NCBI GenBank assembly: GCA_964199315.1
Contig: OZ116699.1
Coordinates: 18,910,001-18,974,000, forward strand
DNA: 64,000 nt
Direction of reading: 5' to 3'
From: Orbicella franksi
Taxonomy: Eukaryota
In this document: piece by piece, positions 23,991 through 34,942 of the stretch
Layout of the letters: each line of letters opens with the position of its first letter
Position numbering within the stretch: the stretch's first letter is position 1
Program-made: the position numbers and the translations under genes
Notes under the pieces: model-generated
What the model was told of the DNA's origin: nothing
Database searches by the model: none
What the model saw: the letters and a program-made list of their open reading frames with translations, nothing else

Positions 23991-25580
23991 CCAAAAAGTG
24001 ACTACAACCGAGGCTTTATTCAGTGAAGCACAAAATTTCAAATCGAAAGAAACACTGATGAAAATAATATATTACCAGGGTAGAACACAATAAAAGATAG
24101 TAAGCCAAACTAGAACGTAACAAGCTAAGGGTGGTTCAAGTCCGGAAAAACTGAGACGGATTTTGAGCAATAAACGTGAAAACTTTTGGTGTATTTTTTT
24201 TAAGATGAACCATTCGTGACAAAGCTCCTGAGCACACGCTGCTTTGTAAGCTTAACAGCGTAGGAAATGCGCGACTGAGCCTAACTGTGGGTGGAACAGT
24301 GCTATATTTGTTAAATAAACAAAGAAGCTGTCCTGAGAGACTTCATGATCACGTCCGAAGTCTTCATATTGCTTCTGTTTTTTAGTGTAGCGATATAGCA
24401 CGATACCGGTTTTGAACACTGATTTAGATGAAGTACTTTGTTCATAACACTCAAAAAGCATTGTCATCTAGTAGCGTATTGCATTCCTACCATTTCAAAC
24501 TTTGATTTGAGTAACGAATGTGGCAGAGGCTCACTATGTTCAATTTACTGAGGTAAAAGCATTCCCTGAATCTTGGAATGCATGATCGGATAGTGCTAAG
24601 TTCCTTGAATAGTACAGTGAAATTTCAAGTCCCTAAAAGAGAACGTGTGTTTTTTTCCCTCCCCAAATTGTTATTATACTTTAAATATTGATAAATAAGC
24701 TATTTTCTTTGTATGTAAAAAGGCAGGAACAGTACAGGGGGTTGATATTGGGCTAGACTTCAGATTAATCTGTCGAAGGATATAATTAGCCCTGCTTTTA
24801 CTTCTCTTTCAGGGTTGTACGTGAGTACGCACGTTGAATCTCTACAGGAGTTATTAGACCAATTGTGCGCGAAAGAAAGCAGCTGTTCACAAGAAATATC
24901 TCTTATTCTGTTTCAGTCACAGCACGTTTTTCCGTCTCTATTGTGAAGGGGGGAAATCGGTGGCGATGCGATAACCTTAAATGACACCGCAGATGTGTAT
25001 CTATTGAAGCAAACTCGACCATAAGCTGTGTGCCAATTTCTTCATACTTTGAACTATTTGTTAGGTTTTATTGTTTATTGTTTTATTGAGCCTATAGTAG
25101 CTGCTCATCAGTGCGTAGCTTTACTCCAGACTTAAGTGGACGAGCATAGGATTTGGTGGTGGGCCAATAATTATTGGTTTATTAAAGTACTGCTCATTCG
25201 AGTACTCTTGTAGTGGCGGATCTTGGGTAGAGTTGGTTTCGCTACACGCTCTTCGAGAACTTTTTGATACACCATGCAGTGTCTTGGGAAAGACACGTGA
25301 TTTCGCAATGGCTCCCCCTTCCACTGATGTGATACCTCAGGTTTCCGAGGTTAATCTCCGGCCATGAATGTCCCAAGGCCAGGAAAAGGCGCTCGATTAC
25401 CAGATTCATTAAAACACGACCGGTTAGAACGTAACTGCAAAACCTAACAAAGTCAATAAAAGTTGTGAAGTGTTTTCTACAGGTTCTTTGAATTGAAATC
25501 TTAATTGATCTTGATATATTACTGACATACAGCAACTCCATTTATACACAGCAAAGTAATAGCTCAGCCGCTTGTGGCGA

Positions 25581-25995
25581 CCGTCACCCATCGGGCGCGT
25601 CCCCAGGTTGCGGATAGGGAAATGGAGGCTAGCTGCAAATACGGCACTTGCCAAATAAGCAGTCACCAAATGAGAGCGGGTTAATTGTTCCTTGGGGGCG
25701 GGGGGGAGGAAGATTCATCCGAAAAAATGACAGCTGTAAGGGGGCCGTGTGAAAAAATTGGTAAGCTGAGGGGGCGTCATGTGATTTTTAAATGGTGCTT
25801 CTCAAATCCCACCAGCTTCCCCCCACCCCGCTCCCTAAAAAATTGAACGGTCTCTAACGCACATTAGCACTGACACTGCGGTCGTCGTAAGGGAAGGATA
25901 TCCAAACAGAAAAAAAACCCTGGCCCTCCAGGTTGGAGGTTGGATTGAGGACTGAGGACCTCCGTTAAACGCTAACCTATTACAGAAACCACAAA
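25581..25995 (+). mobile_element. RTE-clade LINE 5'-region remnants (25581-25665 and about 25885-25995) interrupted by a truncated MITE (about 25682-25856)
   Basis: GCGCGTCCCCAGGTTGCGGATAGGG..GGAGGCTAGCTGC.AATA..AATAAGCAGTC and CCCTGGCCCTCCAGGTTGGAGGTTGG match RTE 5' sequence as recalled. The middle piece ends AAAAATTGAACGGTCTCTA, like a GGACCGTTCA-type TIR. Confidence 0.5.
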
Positions 25996-26433
25996 CAGAG
26001 TTAATCGGACTCTTGGGTGCAATATGGCTACCACGCTCTTCAACAGACAGATCATGAGAACTTTATTTGTAACAGTAACAGCGCAGTCATATCAATATCA
26101 CGCATTTCGCGTTTTCAACCTTCGATGAACGTGCATGGAAGCGTTGTGGGAAATATAGACTCCATAACACCTTATCGTGGATTGTCACCAATGGTGGAAT
26201 GCTAAAAAAGCCCTGCATGTGAATTTATCCTAAGTTCAGCAATACGAAGACGCTCCTGCTTCTTTATATCTACGCAGTTCCTTTAGACAGCCTGTTGGAA
26301 ACGGTCAAAGCACGTCGTGGATCAAAAGCGTGTACGTTTGATTGTTTCCAAAATCAAGTTGCGCCTACCACAAACATTTTCAGACTTGTCTCTAATCCTT
26401 ATTTTTGATTCTAAGGGTAATCATACTTGTAAT

Positions 26434-26842
26434 TATAAGGGTATAAGGGTATTAGGGCATAAGGGTATAAGGGTATTAGGGTATAAGAGTATTAGGGTAT
26501 TAGGGTATTAGGATATTGGGATATTAGGGTATAAGGGTATAAGGGTATTAGGGTATATTAGGGTACAAGGGTATAAGGATATCAGGGTATAAGGGTATTA
26601 GGGTATAAGGGTATTAGGGTATAAGGGTATTAGGGCATAAGGGTAGTAGGGCATGAGGGTATTAGGGTATTAGGGTATAAGGGTAGTAGGGCATAAGAGT
26701 ATTAGGGCATAAGGGTATTAGGGCATAAGGGTATAAGGGTATTAGGATATAAGGGTATTAGGGTATAAGGGTATTAGGGTGTTAGGGTATAAGGGTATTA
26801 GGGTGTTAGGGTATAAGGGTATTAGGGTATAAGGGAATAAGG
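26434..26842. repeat. 8-bp tandem array TAT(T/A)AGGG, about 50 units
   Basis: Directly visible; TATTAGGG and TATAAGGG units alternate, with minor variants CATAAGGG, TGTTAGGG, TAGTAGGG. Confidence 0.95.
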
Positions 26843-27699
26843 TGTGCTTCCCACGGCATCACACCTCACACGCACCAAAATTGTAGGTCTTATATGCAGT
26901 CATGGTCGGAGGTGACGGTTGTATCTGTGGAAATGTTTGATAAATGTATTAATTCGAGGAGAAAAGCCTAAGAATCAAATTAAGGGAAAACCAGTCGATG
27001 TTACTATGCGTCAGTCAAAACTAGGGAAATTCACCTCTGTAGGGACTAGGGTTATACTACTTGCCGATGAAATAAATAATGAATCGTCCCGTATGAGGAC
27101 CCAACCGGCTGGTTTTCAAATCAAACTCTGTTCAGAATGTTTTACGAGTCGTAGTACTACCGATGTTAGTAACAACATATTCCACATGTCCCATGTGTTC
27201 GTGATCTGCCGAGAGAATAGGGACTCAGAGAAGACCTCTTTCTCCGTGGACACTGGATGCCTCCTCTGGAAAGTTCGCCGTAATCGTAACTGGCATGCAC
27301 TTACAGAAAATCAGTTTGTTCTACCTTTCTAAACGTAACCCGAAAAACTCTGCATGTTCATTAGATTCACCTTATCGCTGAAAGAGTGTATCAAAGTTAA
27401 CAAAATCTTACTCAGCATGACATAATAAGCAGACAGAAAGAACTTTACAGCCGTCAAATATATAGAGAGAGTTTTAGTTCGTTTCAAGCAGCGTTTATTT
27501 TTCTTATGGCAACCTGATGTGTGCACCAACAGTGTTTTTAGAACATGCCAACAAAAACTGCCAACTGGTCAACGTCTTACAGACATGCGCGGTTACCGAA
27601 TATCGTGCCACATGATAGATAATTATTGTCACGCAAGAGCCGTCTTTTAGCGACTGTTTCGTCTTCGATGAAACCAAACTAATCATGTTTGTTCAATCA

Positions 27700-27995
27700 C
27701 AACAAACCACTGGTAAATGCAGCTTATTCACAAGTTAGCCAATCAGAACTTGAAGCAACCAGAACAAAGCGAGGGAAAACGCGCCTTAACTAGGTAAGCC
27801 TGAGCTTTGTATTTGTTCCTGATTGGTTGAAAACAAAAACGGCATCTTCGCTGTTATTAGCTGGAGTACGTTGGATGAATTGGTTTTGTCCAAAGTTATT
27901 GATCATTCATATGCGTTGTAGAGAACTCAGCAAGTGCAAAACCGAGGCAGACACAATTGAACAGTCAATCGACAAAAACGCGCTCTTGCAACCGA
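27700..27995. repeat. Degenerate CCAAT/ATTGG-rich interspersed repeat; a related copy lies at about 59300-59460
   Basis: AGCCAATCAGAACTTGAA (27738) versus AGCCAATCAGAACTCGAA (59320), each followed by GATTGGTT motifs. Confidence 0.5.
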
Positions 27996-29544
27996 TTTTC
28001 TCCAGCTTTTCACTTTTTTTAGCCTGATTTGTACCATGAAAACTGAACAAGGGAACACGATAATACTCTCAGCGGTTCTTATCAAAATTTTATAAAATTG
28101 ATTTTTTTTTCCTACAGTGTTAAAATTTAACTGAAAGAGTAAATATATTGTGACACGATTCCCACAAGAAAAAGTGTCAACTAGTTACGTTGTGAATGTA
28201 TTTGACACATTTTGTTTTACAATTTACCTAATTTTTAGCTCTCACCCTTAACCTCCTTCCATGTTAAAGGCAGTCTGCTGTGGATAGCCATGGATCATCT
28301 TCAGCTCGTAAATATAGAGGAGGGTTAAGCTAAGAACGACCTCTTCCCACTTTCAAATTTTAGATGTAGCCATTTCTTGCTTTCACATTTAGTAAGTATG
28401 TAAGGAAAATAACCGCACCCTCAGCTGCCTCTCTTCTTCTGCTAACTGACCGCTCATTGCGTTTGGCAGGAGAGTTGAGCGTGACAACTTAGTACTATTA
28501 TTAAAAAAAAAGGGAATTGAGTAGCTTACTGACTGCCTGTAATAACCAAAGGGCTAGAGTAGCCAGGCAGCCAATTTAAGTAATAATATATTTATGTACA
28601 CAAGTGAAAAATTGTGACAAAAACAAGCAATTTTTAAAACTTCATTTAAGAAACCTTTAGAAAACTGATATCTTACATACTATTGCTTTAGTGCACCTGG
28701 CACCAGGTCACTTCTTCAGTTCTGTTTCTTTTTTTCCTTTCATCAAAATGCGTTTTTGTTTGGAGGTGAAAGGTTTTTATCCGATAACTTCTGGGAACTG
28801 GTTCACTCTTTTTGAGTGGGGTGGAGAGAAAGATATCACGCAGAAACCTATTATCCTTTGATGATGTGATGTCTGTGGAAAATGTACCTCCCAGTTATCT
28901 TCTTTTTGTTTTTTCAAATTGCAAGCTTCTAGCTTCTAAAGTTCAGAGCCCCTCTCCCTCACCCTTTTTCTCTCTGATACGACTCGCCTGTAACAGTCTA
29001 GTTTGAACACCAGTCCGCTCCTGGTCCGCTCATATACTATTCAAGCAACACCAGTTGCTATTCCAGCATTCCTTTGGTTCGATATCGAGTGTTTTAGTAT
29101 TTTTTTGGTTACTTATCAGAAAGAAGATGGTGTTCCATGTTCTCTTCGAAAATAATACGTGCTCAAAGGTGTACGGAAAAAATCGCCATAGTGGACGCGC
29201 GAGCGCAACGTAAGTGCGTTCAGCAGTTTTTCTAGACCTAAAAAGTGCATCTTTTTTTAGAAAACATAAGATCTCCATCTTTTATTTGGTTTAGAATATA
29301 GCATGAAAAAGCGAAAATATTTACAACTGAGAAGGGCGCTGATTGCTCCAGCAACATAACATCCCGCACATACGTGCTATATAACTTTCAACCATTTTAT
29401 CTATAAAAAAGACCCTAATTCTCGGGCAGCTCCAGTAGCGGATATACAGCAGCTATATTTTAAAGTTATGTGTTAACAGAGATATTTAAAAAGCTGGACA
29501 AGAGTTGTAATATTCTATCCATACTGGTAATGTTAGCGTCGCAG

Positions 29545-29612
29545 AATTGTCTGTTTGCTGTGCAGGAGGAGAATATAGAGAGCGGCTAATATGGTTCCGG
29601 CCTGTATGAGAA
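29545..29612 (+). repeat. Direct repeat copy 1 (left boundary of a 2.3-kb block)
   Basis: 29580-29612 is identical over 33 bp (GAGCGGCTAATATGGTTCCGGCCTGTATGAGAA) to 31827-31859; AATTGT(C/A)TGTTTGCTGTG is also shared upstream. Confidence 0.9.
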
Positions 29613-29954
29613 CGTTTTAGTATATTTATTTATCAGTAGTAAAACTAGCAACCTTTGTGGCATTATAGGTGTTGAAAATGGAATCCGTAAAATAGGGTTC
29701 CCACTCCACTGATAAGAAATCAGTGGGGAATAAGGGATGTTGTGTGTATAACAATAAAAAAAATTTAAGAAAATGAAATGTTAATATTAATGGTTAAATT
29801 GAGCGAGTGATCTCTGTAACACAGCACTCTCCAGCTCAATTACAGATTAAAAGAAGTAAATGAAATGAAATGAAATAAGGAAATGTTAATAGGTTAACCG
29901 AAAGCAACCATAAGTGTGAGATGGTATGATATGAAAAGCAAGGGGAAATAGGTT

Positions 29955-30735
29955 CCTTTAGGTTAGGTTCGGGTTTGGGAAAGGAGTAAAAAGGTTTCTT
30001 GGGATTTCTTGGGGTTAGTTTTAGGTTTGGGAAAAAGGGCAAAAAAGTTTTTTGGGTTAGTTTTGAGTTTAAGAAAAGGGTAAAAAAAATTTATTGGGTT
30101 TGTGTAAGGTTGGGGAAAGGGTAAAAAGGTTTCTTAGGGTTTGTGTTAGTTTTGGGAAAAGGGCAAACAAAGTTCCTTAGGGTTTGTGTTAGGTTTAGGT
30201 AAAGGGCAGAAGGGTTCCTTAGAGCTTGTGTTAGGTTTCGGGAAAGGGACTAAAAGGCTCTTTAGGGTTTGTGTTAGGTTTTGCGAAAGGGGCAAAAAGA
30301 TTCCTTAGGATTATGTTAGGTAATATAGCTTTGGGAAAAGAGCAAAAAATTTTCTTACGGTTTGTTTTAGGTTTAGGTAAAGGGCAAAAAGGTTCCTTAG
30401 GGTTTGTGTTAGATTTAGGTAAAGGGCAAAAAGGTTCCTTAAAGTTTGTGTTAGGTTTCGGGAAAAGGGCAAAAAAAAATTTTCCCTAGGGTTTGTGTCA
30501 GGTTTAGGTAAATGGCAAAAAGGTTCCTTACGGTTTTTGTTAGGTTTCGGGAAAGGGGCTAAAAGGTTCCTTAGGGTTTGTGTAAGGTTTCGGGATTGGG
30601 GCAAAAAGGTTCCTTAGGGCTATGTTAGGTTTGTTAGGTTTGGGGAAAGGGTAGAAAGGTTCCTTGGGGTTTGTATTAGGCTGGGAAAAGGGCAAAAAGG
30701 TTCCTTATAGGTTGTGTAAGGTTTGGAAAAAGGGC
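29955..30735. repeat. 42-bp minisatellite, about 18 diverged copies
   Basis: Consensus about CCTTAGGGTTTGTGTTAGGTTTAGGTAAAGGGCAAAAAGGTT; the period was measured between successive CCTTAG starts near 30175 and 30217. Confidence 0.92.
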
Positions 30736-30849
30736 AAACAGGATAGATGTTGGTTGAAATTAAAAGTACAGTGTATTGTTGGGGCTAGGAGGTGGGGGAT
30801 TGTAGACAAAAATCATTTAAAATAAGATTGAAAGATTAGTTGCTAAATT

Positions 30850-31165
30850 CTGCACTAACATTGAGGGACCAACAAACTGCAATGCAGCCATGTCAACCAC
30901 AAGGTAGTACAAAAAAAAAAATGATAATAAATAAAATAAATAAAAATGGTTTATTAAGTGTTAATCGGTGTGCAAATGTTGAGGGACCAACAAACTGCAA
31001 TACAGCCACGTCAACCACAAGGTTGCACACAAAATAAATAAATAAAAATAAAAAACTAAAATAAAAATAAATGAAAAATTGAAAAGTTAATCGGTGTGCA
31101 AACGTTGAGGGACCAACAAACTGCAGTGCAGCCACGTCAACCACAAGGCAGCACACAAAGCAAAA
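30850..31165. repeat. Three copies of a ~50-65-bp conserved core separated by A-rich spacers
   Basis: GAGGGACCAACAAACTGCA.T.CAGCCA.GTCAACCACAAGG starts at 30863, 30981 and 31107 (periods 118 and 126 bp). Confidence 0.9.
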
Positions 31166-31800
31166 AAAAAATTTTTAGAAAACCTGAGTGTAAAATAGTG
31201 CACTAACTTTTGGAGGTTTGATGAAGGGTATCATAATGGTACAAATAATTTAGGGGTTTGTATGAGTGCTTAGGGTGGGGTGATAAATTTTCTCTAACAG
31301 AAAAACAAATATTTTAGTTGTAAATGTGGTGGTGTTATTTAAAGGGATTAGCTATATAGGTTTGTTTAAGCTGTGTATGCAACATGAGAGTATGTAAAAT
31401 AGGGGTTGACTGTAAGATAATATAGTTTGGGTAGTGGGCATATATTAAAAAGTTAAGTTTTGTGTATAAGGGACAGTATATTTGGTCAGTTGGTTGTTAT
31501 TATTTTCGTTTTGGTCTAATAAAAAAATGTAGCCACTCAGTGTTGTGCAAAATTTAATATAGTTGATGTAGATTGTGGTAAATCAGACTGTTCTATGTAA
31601 TACAAATTTATAAGTGATTATGGATTGATCGAATCTCTTTTCTCTCCATTCAGATAAAGCCACTGACCATGGTGAATGTCAAAATAAAACCAGATGTGGA
31701 CCTTGGAAGTGAGGTTTTGTACAATGAAATCAATGTGCCTCGCTCTCTTTTCTCCTTTGGAATGTGAAACCCAATGTTGAGAGGTTAAGATCCATTTTGC

Positions 31801-31859
31801 AATTGTATGTTTGCTGTGTGTATAGGGAGCGGCTAATATGGTTCCGGCCTGTATGAGAA
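31801..31859 (+). repeat. Direct repeat copy 2 (right boundary of the 2.3-kb block)
   Basis: See 29545-29612; 39 bp with one mismatch over 31821-31859 versus 29574-29612. Confidence 0.9.
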
Positions 31860-34492
31860 GAGTACTCAGGGTACTCCTCACACGTCCGCCCATGACGTTA
31901 TTTGAATTTTGCACCTACTGCGAAGCAGGCTGTACATTCATAATCACTATGTAATCCGATGAAAAGTATTTTTTGTCCGTGAAATTCTTCAGGACGTGAA
32001 GAAGGGAATCGCTCTGTGAGTGATAACCTTAAGTGTAAAATTCTCTTGACCACGAAAAGCCTCGCTAATGAGCCTTGTCTGGAGTCCATTCTGTTGGTGA
32101 CTTTGCGCAAAACAGCGCTCAGTAGGTGTAGTACAAGTTTCGTATGTCTGTAGAGCGTGATTACAGTGAATTGATTATCATTCCTTTCTTTTAAGGTGGT
32201 GACCGTAAGAAGTTAGTTACACAAAAGCCAGGTATTATGTCTTTTTATTTTAAGCGTTCTCTTCTGGGCAATCGGCTAAAAAGCTATTTTTACATTATAT
32301 TAACATTTTTATTTTTACACGGGCTAACATGGAGAAGTGGACTCAGTCCTAACAGATCATCTTTGCTCAAGCATAGTTACTAGAGGGAAATAGTTAAGAA
32401 GTCCAGTAAACATCAAAGAAGTAAACAAACAGGCTAAGATTTATGTTGGAAGGTCCTTGACATCTTTTGTTTTAAGCTCATAGACTATGCATGAATTACA
32501 TAATCGAAATGCTTCTATTGGTTAGTTGTGTGAGCACACGTAACCACCTTTTGTATTTTGCCAGGTTTTGTGCAGGGTCAACCCCCAAAATAGCCAACAA
32601 AAACATAGAACAAAGAACTTCGCCAGGTTTTATAACCTTTTCCCTTTATTAACTATGACTCAAGTGCGCTACTGCTCAACAAATCTCTAAAACGGTAGTA
32701 CCTTATGTAAAATATGTTTTGAAGCTGTCCGCCAGTTCGTGGGTACTTGCGGCTGTCTATTGCGTTTAAGTTCGTTTTGTTTTTACTTCAAAAAATGCAA
32801 CTTCCATGGCGTCATGTTAACAGAACTCTTGAGTTATTTTGTGGTCGTAACCAACGTAAAGCTTTGCAGTGTACTGGAAATTATATATTTTCATAATACG
32901 AATAGAAGAACTCTTGTCATGATAGTTACAAACAACTCGACACCGAGCTTAGGAAGACTGTGGTTGGGCATTGAACGCAATCCCTTTTAAGACTTCTAGA
33001 ACCTCTCTCTTACTGGTTGGCTGAAGTTCTGAGAAAGTGAAGTTACGTTTCAGACGTCTTAAAAGACCTGGAGGGGTGTTTTCTAAAGTGTTCTGATGAT
33101 CAAAATGCGCCCACAATATATTAGGTTCATTTTTCGGACATAAGATAATAATACAACTATTCCTAAAATGATATCGCTAATTCAACATTTTCTTGAGCCT
33201 AACATTCCTCACCCTCCCCTTTCCCTCGCCATGCATTTCTACATCTATATTTAAGAGATAAAAGTTTCTAAACTTCATAGCTTTTTTTTTCATAGGACTC
33301 GTGTTGAGTAACCTATCTTCTTGAATGAGTGCGTGAAAGACAAATAAAATTCCGTAAAGATTATTTCCTAACACGAGAAATAAATAAATAAATATATACG
33401 CTCTCATATATCTGTCCTTTTTCGATATTCAGTTTATATATGTGGTACTTAAAAGATCACGTTAATGTTGCACAAACCTTCAGAAATGCTGACTTTTTTC
33501 GGCTCTTACTTATGAAAATGAGACGCGCAATTAAAATTTAAAAAAATAAATGCACCAAGTAAAGCAAAGTGGTCCCAATTAATTTATAAAGGCATTAAAA
33601 TATGCCTACCTTATGCTTTGTTTAAAAAGCTAGAATTTATGGTTATCCAAGTTTTAACAATTACAATTTTTTACATAGTTATAGTTAATAGTGTTATTTA
33701 TGGTGTTAATTACAGCGCACGAAATTTTAGGTGTAAAGTCTTAGGTGTATTTACTCTATATTTAGGTGTAAATACTAATTTACAAATGTAATCTTTCAAG
33801 ATTTCGCCCAGACCAAAAACTTGCCAGATTGATTTTTCACTGATTTGAATGGAAGCTCGAAAAAAATTCAAGACGTTTCTGTGGTAGGCCAAAGAAAGCA
33901 AAAAAGTACACCTGCTAGCATTAAACCATTCAACTACTAAGTTGATTTACTGTGTTTAAGAAAAAAAAAGGTTACTTTTATTCTTTGTCGCCAACATTTT
34001 TTTAAGTAATAAAAATAGCCTGACTAAGCTCATTTTTATTCTCAAACGTCAGTCATCTATGAAAAGGGTCTGCTGATGGTAAAGTTAAAAAAAATGTGGT
34101 CAAAAGGACCTCAACCCTGAGATGAACATCAAATTTCTCCTTAGTGTTCTTGAAACTATTTTTATGATGATCCTTTGGAGTTTATGCTTTTCAATCGGAG
34201 CGTGAAATGACGTCCCAGTTCACCATTGCACTGTTTCCTGATTACTCGCAGGTCCAGATCAAACGTCCAACTTCCCATGAGACGAACTAAACTGAGCTTA
34301 GTCTCATGTGAAGTTCGACGTTTTTCCTGGGCCTCAGGACCTTATTTTAGATCCTACTTCTAACACTTCAAGTGAAACAAACAAACAAAAAAAACCATCA
34401 CCAGAATGAGTGCTTGTTGGATGACGTACTGCTAACATTGAAGATTGGATGTTGATCTTTCTTAGTTTCTTAACTTATTTTCAGTATTCTAT

Positions 34493-34942
34493 CTATAGTG
34501 TCTTAACAGCTTTCGTAGGGGTGCTACTTAACTCTGTTGTGGTTGTATTTCTCGGCGAAGCTGTGGTCTTTGAAGAGTTCGTCTTAGAGGCATCTATTCT
34601 CTTTCTCAACTTGCGCCACCGCTTGAATTCTTTCCAGGTCTTAAACGACACAGTGATCTTCTCAGAAGGTTGCGTTTTTCGGTAAAGTTCGATTGTGGTG
34701 CCTCCCTTTCTCCTGTTGATCTTGTACTTTCGTGCTCTGTAAAGCCTGATGTTTGATGCTCGTTCTATGAACTGCACAGCCTTGACTCCCCCGGATTTCT
34801 CTGTCTTCCGCACCTGCCTTGGTCTCCCTTTTCTGGTAAAGGCCACGAGGCTGTCGTTGTATTTGACGGAGCTGAATTCTGTATAAGCGTTTTCAGCGAC
34901 GCGATCCGTGAAAAAGCAGTTATCCTTCCACTTACCCCGCGC
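34493..34942 (-). CDS. FGF8/17/18: FGF8/17/18-family gene A, coding exon 5 (last), with basic and Ser/Thr-rich C-terminal extension
   Basis: Acceptor TTTAACAG|GCG, phase 0. ARGKWKDNCFFTDRVAENAYTEFSSVKYNDSLVAFTRKGRPR..VQFIER matches FGF8 DCVFTEIVLENNYTA..AKY..YMAFTRKGRPR..VHFMKR. In frame with the listed ORF 34493..34846. Confidence 0.95.
   Translation of the reverse strand, partial: ARGKWKDNCFFTDRVAENAYTEFSSVKYNDSLVAFTRKGRPRQVRKTEKSGGVKAVQFIERASNIRLYRARKYKINRRKGGTTIELYRKTQPSEKITVSFKTWKEFKRWRKLRKRIDASKTNSSKTTASPRNTTTTELSSTPTKAVKTL

Noticed and set aside
25581-25680. HDV-like ribozyme in the RTE 5' remnant
   Set aside because: Only a simple TCCC/GGGA hairpin is evident; the nested double pseudoknot could not be built by eye. 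An RNArobo/Infernal search would settle it.
26317-26842. True telomere or interstitial (TTAGGG)n tract, and ORF 26317..26511
   Set aside because: The unit is 8 bp, not tandem hexamers; the ORF's repetitive GIRVLG peptide is a translation of the array.
26919-27332. 137-aa ORF with a CSECF motif, possibly THAP-like
   Set aside because: Other THAP residues are absent; no recognisable domain or splice support.
30271-30604. ORFs with repeated peptides on both strands
   Set aside because: They arise from the 42-bp (multiple of 3) minisatellite; no splice or homology support.
30850-31165. CRISPR-like repeat-spacer pattern
   Set aside because: Only three units, cores too long, spacers are low-complexity A-rich runs, no cas genes, and the context is eukaryotic.
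31618-31914. 98-aa ORF overlapping the right direct repeat as a possible element-encoded protein
   Set aside because: No transposase, recombinase or Rep motifs, and it crosses the repeat boundary.
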